This document shows, piece by piece, positions 1 through 9,333 of a stretch of 46,311 nucleotides of DNA. The DNA lies in assembly GCA_041672985.1 (NCBI GenBank), contig JBAYYO010000001.1:1-46311 (forward strand), read 5' to 3'. The stretch is from Syntrophomonas sp. (GTDB lineage: Bacteria > Bacillota > Syntrophomonadia > Syntrophomonadales > Syntrophomonadaceae). Position 1 is the first letter of the stretch. Each line of letters starts with the position of its first letter. The translations under genes were made by a program, and so were the position numbers. The notes below the pieces were generated by a model, which saw only the letters and a list, made by a program, of their open reading frames with translations, was not told where the DNA came from and searched no databases.

Positions 1-875
1 TTACCTGAACCTACATCGCCCTGGAGTAAACGGTTCATGCTGAGCGAGGCTTCCATATCACGAATAATTTCATTGCATACCTGCCGTTGAGCGTCGGTAA
101 GTTTATAGGGCAGTCCGCAGGTAACCCGGGCTACCAGGTCATTTTTCGGATGGTGCGCAATCGAGACCCGTTCATTCCTCTGAGTTAATCTTTCTTTCCA
201 AAGGCTTAACCTGAATAAGAGTAATTCTTCGAAAGCCAATCTTCTGCGGGCCATTAGATAAGCTCCTCCGGAGCGGGGAAAATGTATGTTTTGGAAAGCA
301 AATTGTATCTCGCATAGATCGTAACGTTTTCGTACCTCCGCATCCAAAATGTCTGGATAGGATGGCAGATAATTATTTAAGACGTAAATTATTATTTTAC
401 GCATGGTTTTCTGATTCAAACCTTCAGTCAGAGAATATACGGGAGCTACAGGGAAATCAGCTTCTTGACCATCAATTATATCGAATTCAGATACATGGAA
501 TTCGTTGACACCATAAACATTCTTCACCTTGCCGCTAATGAACAATTCCTGGCCGCTTTTAAGTTGTCGGGAAAGATAAGGCTGATTAAACCAGACCGCT
601 GTAATAATTCCCGAGTCATCCTCAATTCCTGCTTTAAATATATGGAAACCCTGTCTGGTGCGATTATACCTGGTTGCAGCAACTCTTCCGCGAATACTGA
701 CAACCACTCCTTCAGACAGGGTTGCTATCTTTTCTGCTTTGTTGCGATTAAAGTAGGTGCGCGGCACATTCCACAGCAAATCAAACACGCTCTGTATCTC
801 CAGTCGGTGCAACAGTTTACTGCGCTGGGGGCCTACACCTTTTACAAATTGTATCCCTTCCGATAATCTATCCAT
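1..875 (-). CDS. recG: ATP-dependent DNA helicase RecG, N-terminal ~291 codons (gene runs off the left edge)
   Basis: My own minus-strand translation starts at ATG 875, with GGAGGA about 8 nt upstream. It reads MDRLSEGIQFVKGVGPQRSKLLHRLEIQSVFDLLWNVPRTYFNR..., continues through an OB/wedge-like part and reaches Walker A 'LQGDVGSGK' at the window edge. It is missing from the ORF track because there is no stop codon inside the window. The synteny rpmB/asp23/yloV/recG matches Bacillus. Confidence 0.85.
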   Translation of the reverse strand, partial: MDRLSEGIQFVKGVGPQRSKLLHRLEIQSVFDLLWNVPRTYFNRNKAEKIATLSEGVVVSIRGRVAATRYNRTRQGFHIFKAGIEDDSGIITAVWFNQPYLSRQLKSGQELFISGKVKNVYGVNEFHVSEFDIIDGQEADFPVAPVYSLTEGLNQKTMRKIIIYVLNNYLPSYPDILDAEVRKRYDLCEIQFAFQNIHFPRSGGAYLMARRRLAFEELLLFRLSLWKERLTQRNERVSIAHHPKNDLVARVTCGLPYKLTDAQRQVCNEIIRDMEASLSMNRLLQGDVGSG

Positions 876-908
876 TTTTCCTCCCGATTAGGGGTATACA
901 ACCAATCT

Positions 909-2531
909 TTATTCCACTGATAACAAATAGCTATAGTGAGGCTGGCCACCATAGTGCATTTCCACTTCGCTGTCAGGATACTTGCCCATTATCTTGCCCT
1001 TCAGTTGCATAGCATCGTTTTCATCAATGTCATTTCCATAAAAAAGGGTTAATAGTTCTTGTTTCTGAGCCTGCATTTTCTCAAGTAAATCCAGAACCAC
1101 ATTCTCGACCACCGACCCTCGTATACTTATGTAATCATTTATAAGACCTATGATGTCCCCTGCCTTTATCTCCAGTCCATTGACAGCCGAATCCCTGACA
1201 GCATGAGTCACTTCAGCGTATGCAATATTCTTGATTTCCTGGTTCATGGCCGCCACGATCTGCTCCAGTTCCCCTTCATCATTATAAGCTATCAGAGCAC
1301 TTATAGCCTGCATCACCGACCTGGTAGGGACAATCTCCACCTTTTTATCACACAGATGTTGGACCTGTTTTGCTGCCATTATTACATTGCCATTGTTGGG
1401 AAGAATGATAACTTCAGGAGCATTTATCTGCAGGCAGGCATTCAATAAATCCTCAGTGCTGGGATTCATGGTCTGACCGCCTTCCACCACCTCATCAACA
1501 CCTAGACTCTGCAGCATCTTTTTGATTCCGTCTCCCACTGCAACCGCTACGAGACCTATCTTCCCGGGCTGCTGTGTTTTAAGCTCTTCCCAAAGATGAC
1601 GCTGTTCATGCACCTCTTCCAACATATTATTTATCTTAATGTCACTTAAGCTGCCAAATTGCAAACATGTCTCCAGTACCTTGCCAGGGTGATTGGAATG
1701 AATATGAACCTTCACCAGGTCGTCATCACCCACCACCAGCATGGAGTCCCCCAGGGGGCCGAGGTGATCTTTAATATCTGCGGAATCAAGTAATTCTCCT
1801 TTAATCAGTACCTCGGTGCAATAATTGAAGGCCAGTTCAAGAATCTCCTTTTCTCTTCTATCCTGGTGCGGGGCAGACATTTTCTCTTTGTAGCCATTCA
1901 GGGCTATGTCTCTTTCCTGAGCCAAACCGTCAATAAAGCCTTCCAGGAAATATAGAAGCCCCCGCCCGCCAGCATCAACAACCCCGGCTTCTTTAAGTAT
2001 GGGGAGCATGGTCGGGGTTTTTTCCAAGGTCTTATGACCCTGCTCTACACCAGCCAACAATGAGCCCAATACATCATTGCCTGCTTGGGCCTCGTCTTCG
2101 CAGGTTCGGGCAATCTCACGAATAACCGTTAAAATCGTACCTTCCACAGGTTTCATGACCGCCTTGTAAGCTGTATCAGAACCGGCCCGGAGAGCCTGAG
2201 CCAACACCACCGAGTTAGCTTCCGCTTTACCTTCCATTACTTTGGCTATACCGCGGAATATTTGTGACATAATTACTCCCGAATTGCCTCGAGCACCCAT
2301 AAGCGAACCTAAAGAAATAGCCCTGGCTACCCTGCCCAGAGTCTCCTGGCTGTTCTTTTCCCCTTCTTTGGCGGCCGCCAGCAGGGTTAAATACATATTG
2401 GTGCCTGTATCCCCATCAGGCACCGGAAATACATTTAGCAAATCAACCTGGTCACGATTATGCTCCAACCTTATACACCCGGCCTTTACGCTCCTGGCCA
2501 GGTCATTGCCGTTTATACTATTCAAGCTCAA
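909..2531 (-). CDS. DAK2-domain fusion protein (YloV family)
   Basis: 540 aa. The N-terminus has the Dak2-type 'PVPDGDTGTNMYLT' motif followed by a long C-terminal extension. It sits directly downstream of an Asp23 gene, as in the Bacillus yloU-yloV pair. Confidence 0.88.
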   Translation of the reverse strand: MSLNSINGNDLARSVKAGCIRLEHNRDQVDLLNVFPVPDGDTGTNMYLTLLAAAKEGEKNSQETLGRVARAISLGSLMGARGNSGVIMSQIFRGIAKVMEGKAEANSVVLAQALRAGSDTAYKAVMKPVEGTILTVIREIARTCEDEAQAGNDVLGSLLAGVEQGHKTLEKTPTMLPILKEAGVVDAGGRGLLYFLEGFIDGLAQERDIALNGYKEKMSAPHQDRREKEILELAFNYCTEVLIKGELLDSADIKDHLGPLGDSMLVVGDDDLVKVHIHSNHPGKVLETCLQFGSLSDIKINNMLEEVHEQRHLWEELKTQQPGKIGLVAVAVGDGIKKMLQSLGVDEVVEGGQTMNPSTEDLLNACLQINAPEVIILPNNGNVIMAAKQVQHLCDKKVEIVPTRSVMQAISALIAYNDEGELEQIVAAMNQEIKNIAYAEVTHAVRDSAVNGLEIKAGDIIGLINDYISIRGSVVENVVLDLLEKMQAQKQELLTLFYGNDIDENDAMQLKGKIMGKYPDSEVEMHYGGQPHYSYLLSVE

Positions 2532-2548
2532 ACTGATTATCCTCCCAA

Positions 2549-2911
2549 CTATATATCTCTAAGTACCTTAACTCCCCTAACGTTTACATTAACACTCGCT
2601 ACCGGAAGCTCGGCATTATTTTCCAAAACATAGGTCACCTTCTGCATTACATTAGATGCTACTTCAGTTATTCTGATGCCATAACCCACGATAACATAGA
2701 CATCGATTATCAATCCCTTATCACTGCTGCTTACCTGTACCCCTTTACGTATGGAGTCTATGCGCAGGATATTGCTAATTCCGCTTTGAATATTCTGGGG
2801 CACCATGCCCACCAGGCCATAACAATCCAGGGTTGCTAATCCAGCTAAAGTCTCCACCAATTCACGGGTTACGGTAATATCACCCATTTCATTACTCCTA
2901 ATTTTATACAT
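2549..2911 (-). CDS. Asp23/Gls24-family alkaline shock protein (YloU-like)
   Basis: 120 aa of typical Asp23-family sequence (ITVTRELVETLAGLATLDCYGLVGM...). It lies 17 nt upstream of the DAK2 gene. Confidence 0.85.
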   Translation of the reverse strand: MYKIRSNEMGDITVTRELVETLAGLATLDCYGLVGMVPQNIQSGISNILRIDSIRKGVQVSSSDKGLIIDVYVIVGYGIRITEVASNVMQKVTYVLENNAELPVASVNVNVRGVKVLRDI

Positions 2912-2970
2912 TCCCTTACCTCCTATCTAACATAATAATAATTCTACAACTTATTATTTATTCCTTCTTC

Positions 2971-2999
2971 TTGCCCTTTCCAGTGGTATTTGTTAAAAT
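2971..2999 (+). promoter_or_regulatory. Putative sigma-A promoter of rpmB
   Basis: TTGCCC, a 17-nt spacer, then TAAAAT, about 37 nt upstream of the rpmB start codon. Confidence 0.4.
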
Positions 3000-3035
3000 G
3001 TTTAAGTGCATCTGTTATAGAGAGGGGGCAAAATA

Positions 3036-3227
3036 GTGGCAAAATGTGAAATTTGCGGAAAAGGCGTGACTTTTGGTAAGAAGTACAGCCATTCCCATAT
3101 AAGAACCAATCGTCAATGGAAACCTAATGTACAACGAGTCAAGGTTTTAATTGGTGAGAAAACACCCACCCAAATGTACGTTTGTACTCGTTGCTTGCGT
3201 TCAGGTAAAGTTCAGAGAGCTCTATAA
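3036..3227 (+). CDS. rpmB: 50S ribosomal protein L28
   Basis: 63 aa, MAKCEICGKGVTFGKKYSHSHIRTNRQWKPNVQRVKV..., with a GTG start preceded by GAGGGGG. Confidence 0.92.
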   Translation: MAKCEICGKGVTFGKKYSHSHIRTNRQWKPNVQRVKVLIGEKTPTQMYVCTRCLRSGKVQRAL

Positions 3228-3245
3228 CTATGGATTAGTTACGTC

Positions 3246-3278
3246 AGCCTTAGATTTTAGTCTAAGGCTTTTTGTTTT
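3246..3278 (+). terminator. Intrinsic terminator of rpmB, overlapping the 3' end of the convergent hslO
   Basis: The stem is agccttaga / tctaaggct (9 bp, 6-nt loop), followed by TTTTGTTTT. The hslO stop codon lies inside the hairpin. Confidence 0.6.
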
Positions 3279-4144
3279 GAGTCCTCAATTTCTTGGCTGG
3301 TAAATAGGTAACGTTCCTGGCAGAAGTTACACACCACCTCAATATCCTCGCTTCCTTGAGTTTCCCCCTGTTCCTCATCAGGGAGGCCGCTCAATACCCG
3401 CAATAACCTTTCCCGGCTACAGTTACAGGAAAACGCCAAATCCTGCTCACCTAATATCATATATTCTGTTCCCTGCATAATAAGCGGAACAATATCTTCC
3501 AGTTTTTCGTGAATATCAAGCAAGTTGCTTATGCTCCCCAGTTTGAGAATGTTTTCCTCGATCATCTGCAATATATCATCACTCGCTGCAGGCAAAGCCT
3601 GGACAAATAAGCCTCCCGCAGCTTGAGTGCTCAAATCAGGTCTAACCAGAACCCCTAATGATATCAACGAAGGTATCTGTTCCGAGGCCATAAAATAATG
3701 GGCTATATCTTCGGCAATTTCACCGCTGACAAGCGGAACTCGCCCTGCAAAGGGTTGTTTCAAGCCCAAATCTTTACTCACTTCCAAATATCCATCCTTG
3801 CCCACCAGTTCTCCCACTGCCAGCTTACCAGGAATAGTCGATGGCAGGTCCGCATAAGGATTGGAAATAAGTCCGCGCACCCTGCCCTGTGAATCGGCGG
3901 TTGCCAGCACTGTTCCAGCTGGACCGCTGCCATTAATTCTTAAGGTCAATATGTCTTCATTTCCCTTAAGGTCGCTCGCCATCATAACCGCAGCTGTCAA
4001 TACTCTGCCCAGAGCTGCTGATGCAGTGGCAGAAGTTCCATGACGCTGATGGGCCTCTTCCACCAGGGAAGTAGTCCGGGCCAGAAGCAATCTTATATTT
4101 TTGCCTTGATCAACAATTTTTATTAAATAGTCTCCTTGCTTCAT
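3257..4144 (-). CDS. hslO: Redox-regulated chaperone Hsp33
   Basis: Hsp33-family sequence with the C-terminal zinc centre CxC...CxxC (FSCNCSRE ... VVCNFCQERY). I prefer the ATG at 4144 (GAAGGA upstream) over the ORF-track ATG at 4162, which has no ribosome-binding site. Confidence 0.88.
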   Translation of the reverse strand: MKQGDYLIKIVDQGKNIRLLLARTTSLVEEAHQRHGTSATASAALGRVLTAAVMMASDLKGNEDILTLRINGSGPAGTVLATADSQGRVRGLISNPYADLPSTIPGKLAVGELVGKDGYLEVSKDLGLKQPFAGRVPLVSGEIAEDIAHYFMASEQIPSLISLGVLVRPDLSTQAAGGLFVQALPAASDDILQMIEENILKLGSISNLLDIHEKLEDIVPLIMQGTEYMILGEQDLAFSCNCSRERLLRVLSGLPDEEQGETQGSEDIEVVCNFCQERYLFTSQEIEDSKQKALD

Positions 4145-4308
4145 TGTGTTTGATCCTTCCATTAATTATTACAGTAATTATACCCCAAATTCCTCTATTG
4201 CATAGGCTAATCGGCAATCATTCTGTTCCATAAACAAAAAGTTGGAAAATATAATGCATTTGTTTCTGCAGACTGGTGGGAAAGCGCTCAACAACTATCC
4301 GTATCCAT

Positions 4309-4356
4309 TAAAAAACGAGGCTGTCCCTTGCAATAGACGAACAGCCTCGTTTTTTA
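4309..4356 (-). terminator. Bidirectional-type intrinsic terminator downstream of coaD
   Basis: A 10-bp stem acgaggctgt / acagcctcgt, flanked by an A-run on one side and a T-run on the other. Confidence 0.7.
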
Positions 4357-4361
4357 TTAAT

Positions 4362-4856
4362 TTATTTATCAACTTTTAGCTGCTGCAACTTTTCCTTGAG
4401 TCCTGTGGCAACTACCGCAGGCACCATACTACTAACCTCCCCGCCCAGCAGGGCAGCTTCTTTGACCCCGCTGGAACTCACACACATGTAATTACTATCA
4501 GCGGTAATAAAAATAGTATTCGCTTCGGGAAGCAACTTTTTGTTCATCATCGCCATTGTGGATTCATATTCATAATCGCTAAACGATCTCAATCCTCTAA
4601 TGATAACATTGACCTGTTTCTTCTTGAGGTAGTCAACCAGCAGACCTCGGAAACATTCCACTTCGATGTTATTAAGGTGCCGGGTCGCCTCCTTAATCAA
4701 ATGTACCCTCTCTTCGGGAGTAAATAAAGCCTGCTTGTAAACATTGTGAACCACGGCTACAATAATTTTATCAAACATAGGACTGGTTCGTTCGAGTATA
4801 TCCACGTGCCCATTAGTCACCGGGTCAAAACTACCGGGATAAACAGCAATCTTCAA
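4362..4856 (-). CDS. coaD: Phosphopantetheine adenylyltransferase
   Basis: 164 aa, MKIAVYPGSFDPVTNGHVDI... (the T/HxGH nucleotidyltransferase motif). TTG start with AGGAGA 8 nt upstream. Confidence 0.92.
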   Translation of the reverse strand: MKIAVYPGSFDPVTNGHVDILERTSPMFDKIIVAVVHNVYKQALFTPEERVHLIKEATRHLNNIEVECFRGLLVDYLKKKQVNVIIRGLRSFSDYEYESTMAMMNKKLLPEANTIFITADSNYMCVSSSGVKEAALLGGEVSSMVPAVVATGLKEKLQQLKVDK

Positions 4857-5053
4857 GAGTTGATTCTCCTTTCATGCGGGGAAATTATTACTGCTAGAGC
4901 TACAGTCAATACAACCAAAAAGACTAAACATTAATTAAGCTGTACTTAAATTAAGCGAAATACTCTTTAGTATTTTAGCACGGAAATTGATTTATACAAG
5001 CCATAAATTTTCAGGGATACATCGTTTTCCTATAAGCAGAATAAAAGTTGACC

Positions 5054-5092
5054 TAAAAAAAGAGGATTCCCTATACAATAAGGAATCCTCTT
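5054..5092 (-). terminator. Intrinsic terminator of the etfBA/Fe-S oxidoreductase operon
   Basis: A 10-bp stem agaggattcc / ggaatcctct, followed on the minus strand by T7. It lies 13 nt after the stop codon. Confidence 0.75.
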
Positions 5093-5104
5093 TATACCGA
5101 CTTC

Positions 5105-7234
5105 TTAGTTCATCGACTGCCATAATACCTCAGCCACATCGAATACCTTGGTGTTTTCTTCTGCTTCCGCAGCTTTAACACCATCGGCTATCATAGTTAA
5201 GCAGAAGGGGCAGTTGGTAACAATCATCTGGGGCTCGGGCACCAGAAGTTGATCGGTTCTGGTGTCATTAATGCGTTTGTAGCCTTCGAAGGCTTCTTCT
5301 TCCAGCCACATCCGGCCACCGCCAGCACCACAGCAGAACCCGAAATTACGGGACTTTTCAATCTCAATAATGTTGCCGCCCGCTGACTTCAAGACCGAAC
5401 GGGGTTGATCATAAATACTATTGTGTCTGCCCAGGAAACAGGAATCATGATAGGTCATCTTAGCTCCCAGAGATTTACTGGGTTTTAGTTTGCCTTCCGC
5501 AATAAGTTTGGCGAGTATTTCGGTATAATGATATACTTCAAACTTACCGCCCATTTGCGGATACTCATTCTTCAGTGTGTTGTACCCATGAGGACACACA
5601 ACAATAATCTTTTTGACCCCGTAATTATTAAAGGATTCTAAGTTCTGGTTAGCCAAAGTCTGATAGAGATACTCGTTGCCAAGTCTTCTCGCCGAATCAC
5701 CGCAACAGTACTCTTCTGTACCCAGATAACCAAAGCTGACCCCAGCTTTATCCAATAGTTTAACCAGAGCTTCCCCAACTCTCTTATAACGATCATCGAA
5801 GGAAACCGCACATCCAGCATAGAGTAAATATTCAAACTCCTTGCCATCCTCAGGCAGCAGATTGACCATTTCTCTAACGCCTCTCTCTTCCAGCCATCCG
5901 GCCCGTCCAGCCCAACCTACACCCCAGGGATTATAGTTGCGTTCCATGTTGGTAAACGCAGCCTGTGCTTCACCCGGCATGTCACCCTGCCACATAACCA
6001 AATTTCTGCGCATTTCAGTAATCTTAGGAATATGTTCGATATACATCGGACAGTGTTCCATACAGGCGCGGCAATTGGTACAATCCCAGATAACTTCTGA
6101 GGTAACAATATCATAGAGTAGACTCTGCTCCATGGGATTAACTGCTTCCACAGCTTCATCTGTCATGGCCATTTCTTCACTATGCTCTTCATTACCTTTG
6201 GCAGCCAGGAGATAGGGTGCTTTTTCATCCAAGTGCTTTTTCATATGTTGGATTAATGTAATTTTAGGGTTAAGAGCCTTGCCGGTATTAAATGCCGGGC
6301 AGTTTTCCTGACACCTTCCGCAGCGAATACAGGCGTCCAGATCCAGCAAATCCTTCCAGCCGAAATCTTCTATATTCTCTGCACCAAAGGTTTCCGCTTC
6401 TTCAATGTTATAAACCATACGGTTGGCAGAAGGTTCAAGATCACGGAAAACATAGTTGAACATACCAGCAACAATATGCCACAGCTTACTAAATGGTACT
6501 AAAGCAATAAACAGGAAGGCTATGGCCATGTGGAACCACCACAGTAAGCGATGCCACATGAGAAGGGTGTCCACCGATAAACCAGCCATAAGGCTGGCAA
6601 ACATCCAACCGAAGGGAGATGCAATCTTCTCATAAGGCACTTGTTCCATGAAAGGGGTTTGTTGAATTTGGGCTGCTATTCTAGCACCTTCAATAACAAA
6701 ACCGGTAAACAAAATAACAAATATCAGCAGTAGTATCCAGCCATCGGATGATTTGGTATCATTGAGGCGGTCTGGCTTTTGCACGTAGCGGATGTATGCC
6801 AACACAATCATTCCTATTAACGCCAAGAAACCGGTCACGTCAACGATCCAAGACATTCCTATATAAATGGTACCTTCCAGATGAGGCCAACCGATCCAAT
6901 AATGAGCCGCATCAAGACCAGCCGCCGTGGCTAGAAGCGCAAATCCCCAAAATAGGAAAAAGTGCATCCAACCGGGTAGAGGTTTTCTTATTACTCTAGC
7001 CTGGGCTAAAGTATTAACTAAGAAAGATTTGGTACGATCCCAAATCCTATCGTTTCTATGTAGTTCACCTTTGGCCAGCATCCATATCTGAATCCTTTTC
7101 CAAATGCCGAATAGAATAACTCCAATGGGAATAAACATGATTAAATATATAAGCCATTCGTAGGGAACGTTAGCCCCAACCTCACGCATCGGGACATCAT
7201 AAAAACCTCTAATTGGGTGCGATCCGAAAATCAT
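5105..7234 (-). CDS. Membrane-bound Fe-S oxidoreductase, a fusion of a NarI/HdrE-like cytochrome-b domain and an HdrD/GlpC-like domain (Etf-associated, putative Etf:menaquinone oxidoreductase)
   Basis: 709 aa. The N-terminal ~270 aa carry 5-6 hydrophobic helices with conserved His residues (MHFFLFWGF, AAHYW, WHRLLWWFH). There are two ferredoxin motifs (CIRCGRCQENCP, CTNCRACMEHCP) and two CCG repeats (EYCCGDS, FCCGAGGG). The gene lies immediately downstream of etfBA in the same orientation. Confidence 0.8.
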   Translation of the reverse strand: MIFGSHPIRGFYDVPMREVGANVPYEWLIYLIMFIPIGVILFGIWKRIQIWMLAKGELHRNDRIWDRTKSFLVNTLAQARVIRKPLPGWMHFFLFWGFALLATAAGLDAAHYWIGWPHLEGTIYIGMSWIVDVTGFLALIGMIVLAYIRYVQKPDRLNDTKSSDGWILLLIFVILFTGFVIEGARIAAQIQQTPFMEQVPYEKIASPFGWMFASLMAGLSVDTLLMWHRLLWWFHMAIAFLFIALVPFSKLWHIVAGMFNYVFRDLEPSANRMVYNIEEAETFGAENIEDFGWKDLLDLDACIRCGRCQENCPAFNTGKALNPKITLIQHMKKHLDEKAPYLLAAKGNEEHSEEMAMTDEAVEAVNPMEQSLLYDIVTSEVIWDCTNCRACMEHCPMYIEHIPKITEMRRNLVMWQGDMPGEAQAAFTNMERNYNPWGVGWAGRAGWLEERGVREMVNLLPEDGKEFEYLLYAGCAVSFDDRYKRVGEALVKLLDKAGVSFGYLGTEEYCCGDSARRLGNEYLYQTLANQNLESFNNYGVKKIIVVCPHGYNTLKNEYPQMGGKFEVYHYTEILAKLIAEGKLKPSKSLGAKMTYHDSCFLGRHNSIYDQPRSVLKSAGGNIIEIEKSRNFGFCCGAGGGRMWLEEEAFEGYKRINDTRTDQLLVPEPQMIVTNCPFCLTMIADGVKAAEAEENTKVFDVAEVLWQSMN

Positions 7235-7270
7235 CTATCTAATTCCCTCCTTTTACAACAAGCAAGGATA

Positions 7271-7300
7271 TACTGGATATGCGTAAGCGCATATCCAGTA
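7271..7300 (-). other. Perfect 13-bp stem / 4-nt loop hairpin between etfA and the Fe-S oxidoreductase gene
   Basis: tactggatatgcg-taag-cgcatatccagta. No U-tract follows on either strand. Confidence 0.6.
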
Positions 7301-7325
7301 ACACCATTAGTAGCTTCCTAATTCT

Positions 7326-8279
7326 CTATTTCTTTAATTCGGTAACCAGAATCGGGATGACTTTAAACAGATCTGCAACTACACCAAAGTCTGATACTCC
7401 AAAGATAGGAGCTTCAGTGTCCGTGTTGACGGCGGCAATGAATTTTGAGGAAGACATCCCAGCCAGATGCTGGATAGCTCCTGAAATACCACATGCAACA
7501 TAAAGGTTGGGGAGAACAACTTTTCCAGTTTGACCTACCTGGAGTTCATGTCCCAGCCAACCGGAGTCAATCGATGCACGAGAGCCACCTACGGCTGCTC
7601 CCAATAAATCAGCCAGCTCCTCAACCAATTTAATACCATCCGGTCCTTTACATCCGCGTCCACCAGATACTACCACAGCAGCTTCGGCAAGGTCTGGCCT
7701 TGCTGATACAGTGGGGATAAAGTCCTTGGCTACCTGATATACATCGGCAGCAGTTGCAGCTACAGCAGCTTTAACAACAGCTCCTGCTCCAGCGGCTTCT
7801 CCAACTTCCCATACGCCGGGGCGAATGGTGGCCAGAACGGGACTGCCGGCAACTTCAACCTTGGCTAAAGCTTTACCAGCATAAATAGCTCTGGTAAATA
7901 CGCCCTTGCCCGCAGAAATCTCTGCAGCAACAGCATCAGTAGCCAGACCTGCATCCAATTTTTGAGCTAACCTGGAAGCCATATCTCTGCCATTAAAGGA
8001 ATGAGCAAATAATAGTGCATTGGGGCTGAATTCCTTTATCATTGCAACTATTTGGGCTACATAAGCTCCTGTGTTGTAAGCTGCAAAAATATCATCGTCA
8101 GCAACATATACCTTATCAGCTCCATACTTTGCTAATTCAGGAGCCAGTGCCTCTACGCCTTTGCCAAATACGACGGCAGATACTTCATCGCCACCCTTTT
8201 TAAGCTCAGACAACATTTCAAATGTAACTTTACGGATATTACCATCCTTTTGTTCAACAAAAACCCATGTTCCTGCCAT
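7326..8279 (-). CDS. etfA: Electron transfer flavoprotein alpha subunit
   Basis: 317 aa of EtfA-family sequence, with C-terminal FAD-binding signatures (VVVSGGRG..., [16 protein letters not shown]). There is no N-terminal ferredoxin domain. Confidence 0.9.
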   Translation of the reverse strand: MAGTWVFVEQKDGNIRKVTFEMLSELKKGGDEVSAVVFGKGVEALAPELAKYGADKVYVADDDIFAAYNTGAYVAQIVAMIKEFSPNALLFAHSFNGRDMASRLAQKLDAGLATDAVAAEISAGKGVFTRAIYAGKALAKVEVAGSPVLATIRPGVWEVGEAAGAGAVVKAAVAATAADVYQVAKDFIPTVSARPDLAEAAVVVSGGRGCKGPDGIKLVEELADLLGAAVGGSRASIDSGWLGHELQVGQTGKVVLPNLYVACGISGAIQHLAGMSSSKFIAAVNTDTEAPIFGVSDFGVVADLFKVIPILVTELKK

Positions 8280-8320
8280 GAATTACCCTCCTTTTTCTAC
8301 ATAAATAAGAATTTATGTGA

Positions 8321-9079
8321 TTATTTTACCTCTACTTTAACGGTATTCTTCATCCATTCTGCCAACTTGACTGCGCATACATCAGCATCGTCTTCTATCT
8401 TGATACCTGCAGTTTTGGCAGCAGGCAGTGCAAATTCGATGATATTGGTTTTGTTCTCAACTGCAACTGCATCAACAGTTGCAACGGGTTTCTTTTTGGC
8501 TTGCATAATACCCTTCATGGAAGGATAACGGGGTTCATTCCAGCTTACCTGACTGGAAATTACAGCAGGAAGAGCCACTTCAGTTACAGCTGTTCCTCCA
8601 TCGGCTTCGCAGGTACAGGTAGCTTTATCACCAGCTATTTCTATCGCGGTAATTACGTTAACATGCGGTAAACCAAGAATTTCTGCAACGCGAGTAGGAA
8701 CTTGTGAAGAACCATCATCAGCAGCAACATGGCCAGCCAGTATTATATTAGGATTCTCAGCCTTAATTGCTTCAGCAAGAGCAACCGCACGTGCATATTC
8801 ATCGGCACCAGCATCCTGTTTTACCAATATGCCTCTGTCAGCACCCATAGCCAGGGCGGTACGGATTGCATCCATGCCCTTATCGGTACCTGCAGTCAGA
8901 ACCACTACTTCTTTAGCAATTTTCTTTTCCTTTAATTGAATTCCGCCCTCTACCGCAACCTCATCATAAGGATTGATGATAAGGTTTATACCAGCATCGG
9001 AGATTTTGCCGTCCTTCAATTCAATTTTGGCTTCTGTGTCAAATGTTTGCTTAACACACACTAGAACCTTCAAGTTCAT
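8321..9079 (-). CDS. etfB: Electron transfer flavoprotein beta subunit
   Basis: 252 aa, MNLKVLVCVKQTFDTEAKI...INPYDEVAVE..., a typical EtfB. Confidence 0.9.
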   Translation of the reverse strand: MNLKVLVCVKQTFDTEAKIELKDGKISDAGINLIINPYDEVAVEGGIQLKEKKIAKEVVVLTAGTDKGMDAIRTALAMGADRGILVKQDAGADEYARAVALAEAIKAENPNIILAGHVAADDGSSQVPTRVAEILGLPHVNVITAIEIAGDKATCTCEADGGTAVTEVALPAVISSQVSWNEPRYPSMKGIMQAKKKPVATVDAVAVENKTNIIEFALPAAKTAGIKIEDDADVCAVKLAEWMKNTVKVEVK

Positions 9080-9333
9080 TCCTCCTTTTCATCTAATGCT
9101 TTTCTGCTATACGAAATTAGAATTACCGGTATACTATGTCTCTCAACCATCACCCCCAAGATATTTATATGTATTTACTTTTTGCCTACGGCAAATTTAC
9201 CGCCAATTTTGAATAGAATTTACGTTCATAGAAAAAATTTAAGACCAATGATATACTTTCTATATTGAAGTCTAATTTCCTGCTTTTAAGTAACAATAGG
9301 CAAAATTTTTATCAATTCTTTATGAGTCTCCTA

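Noticed and set aside
465-866. A 133-aa plus-strand ORF at the left end.
   Set aside because: It is antisense to a clear RecG N-terminal coding region, which was missed by the track because it has no in-window stop.
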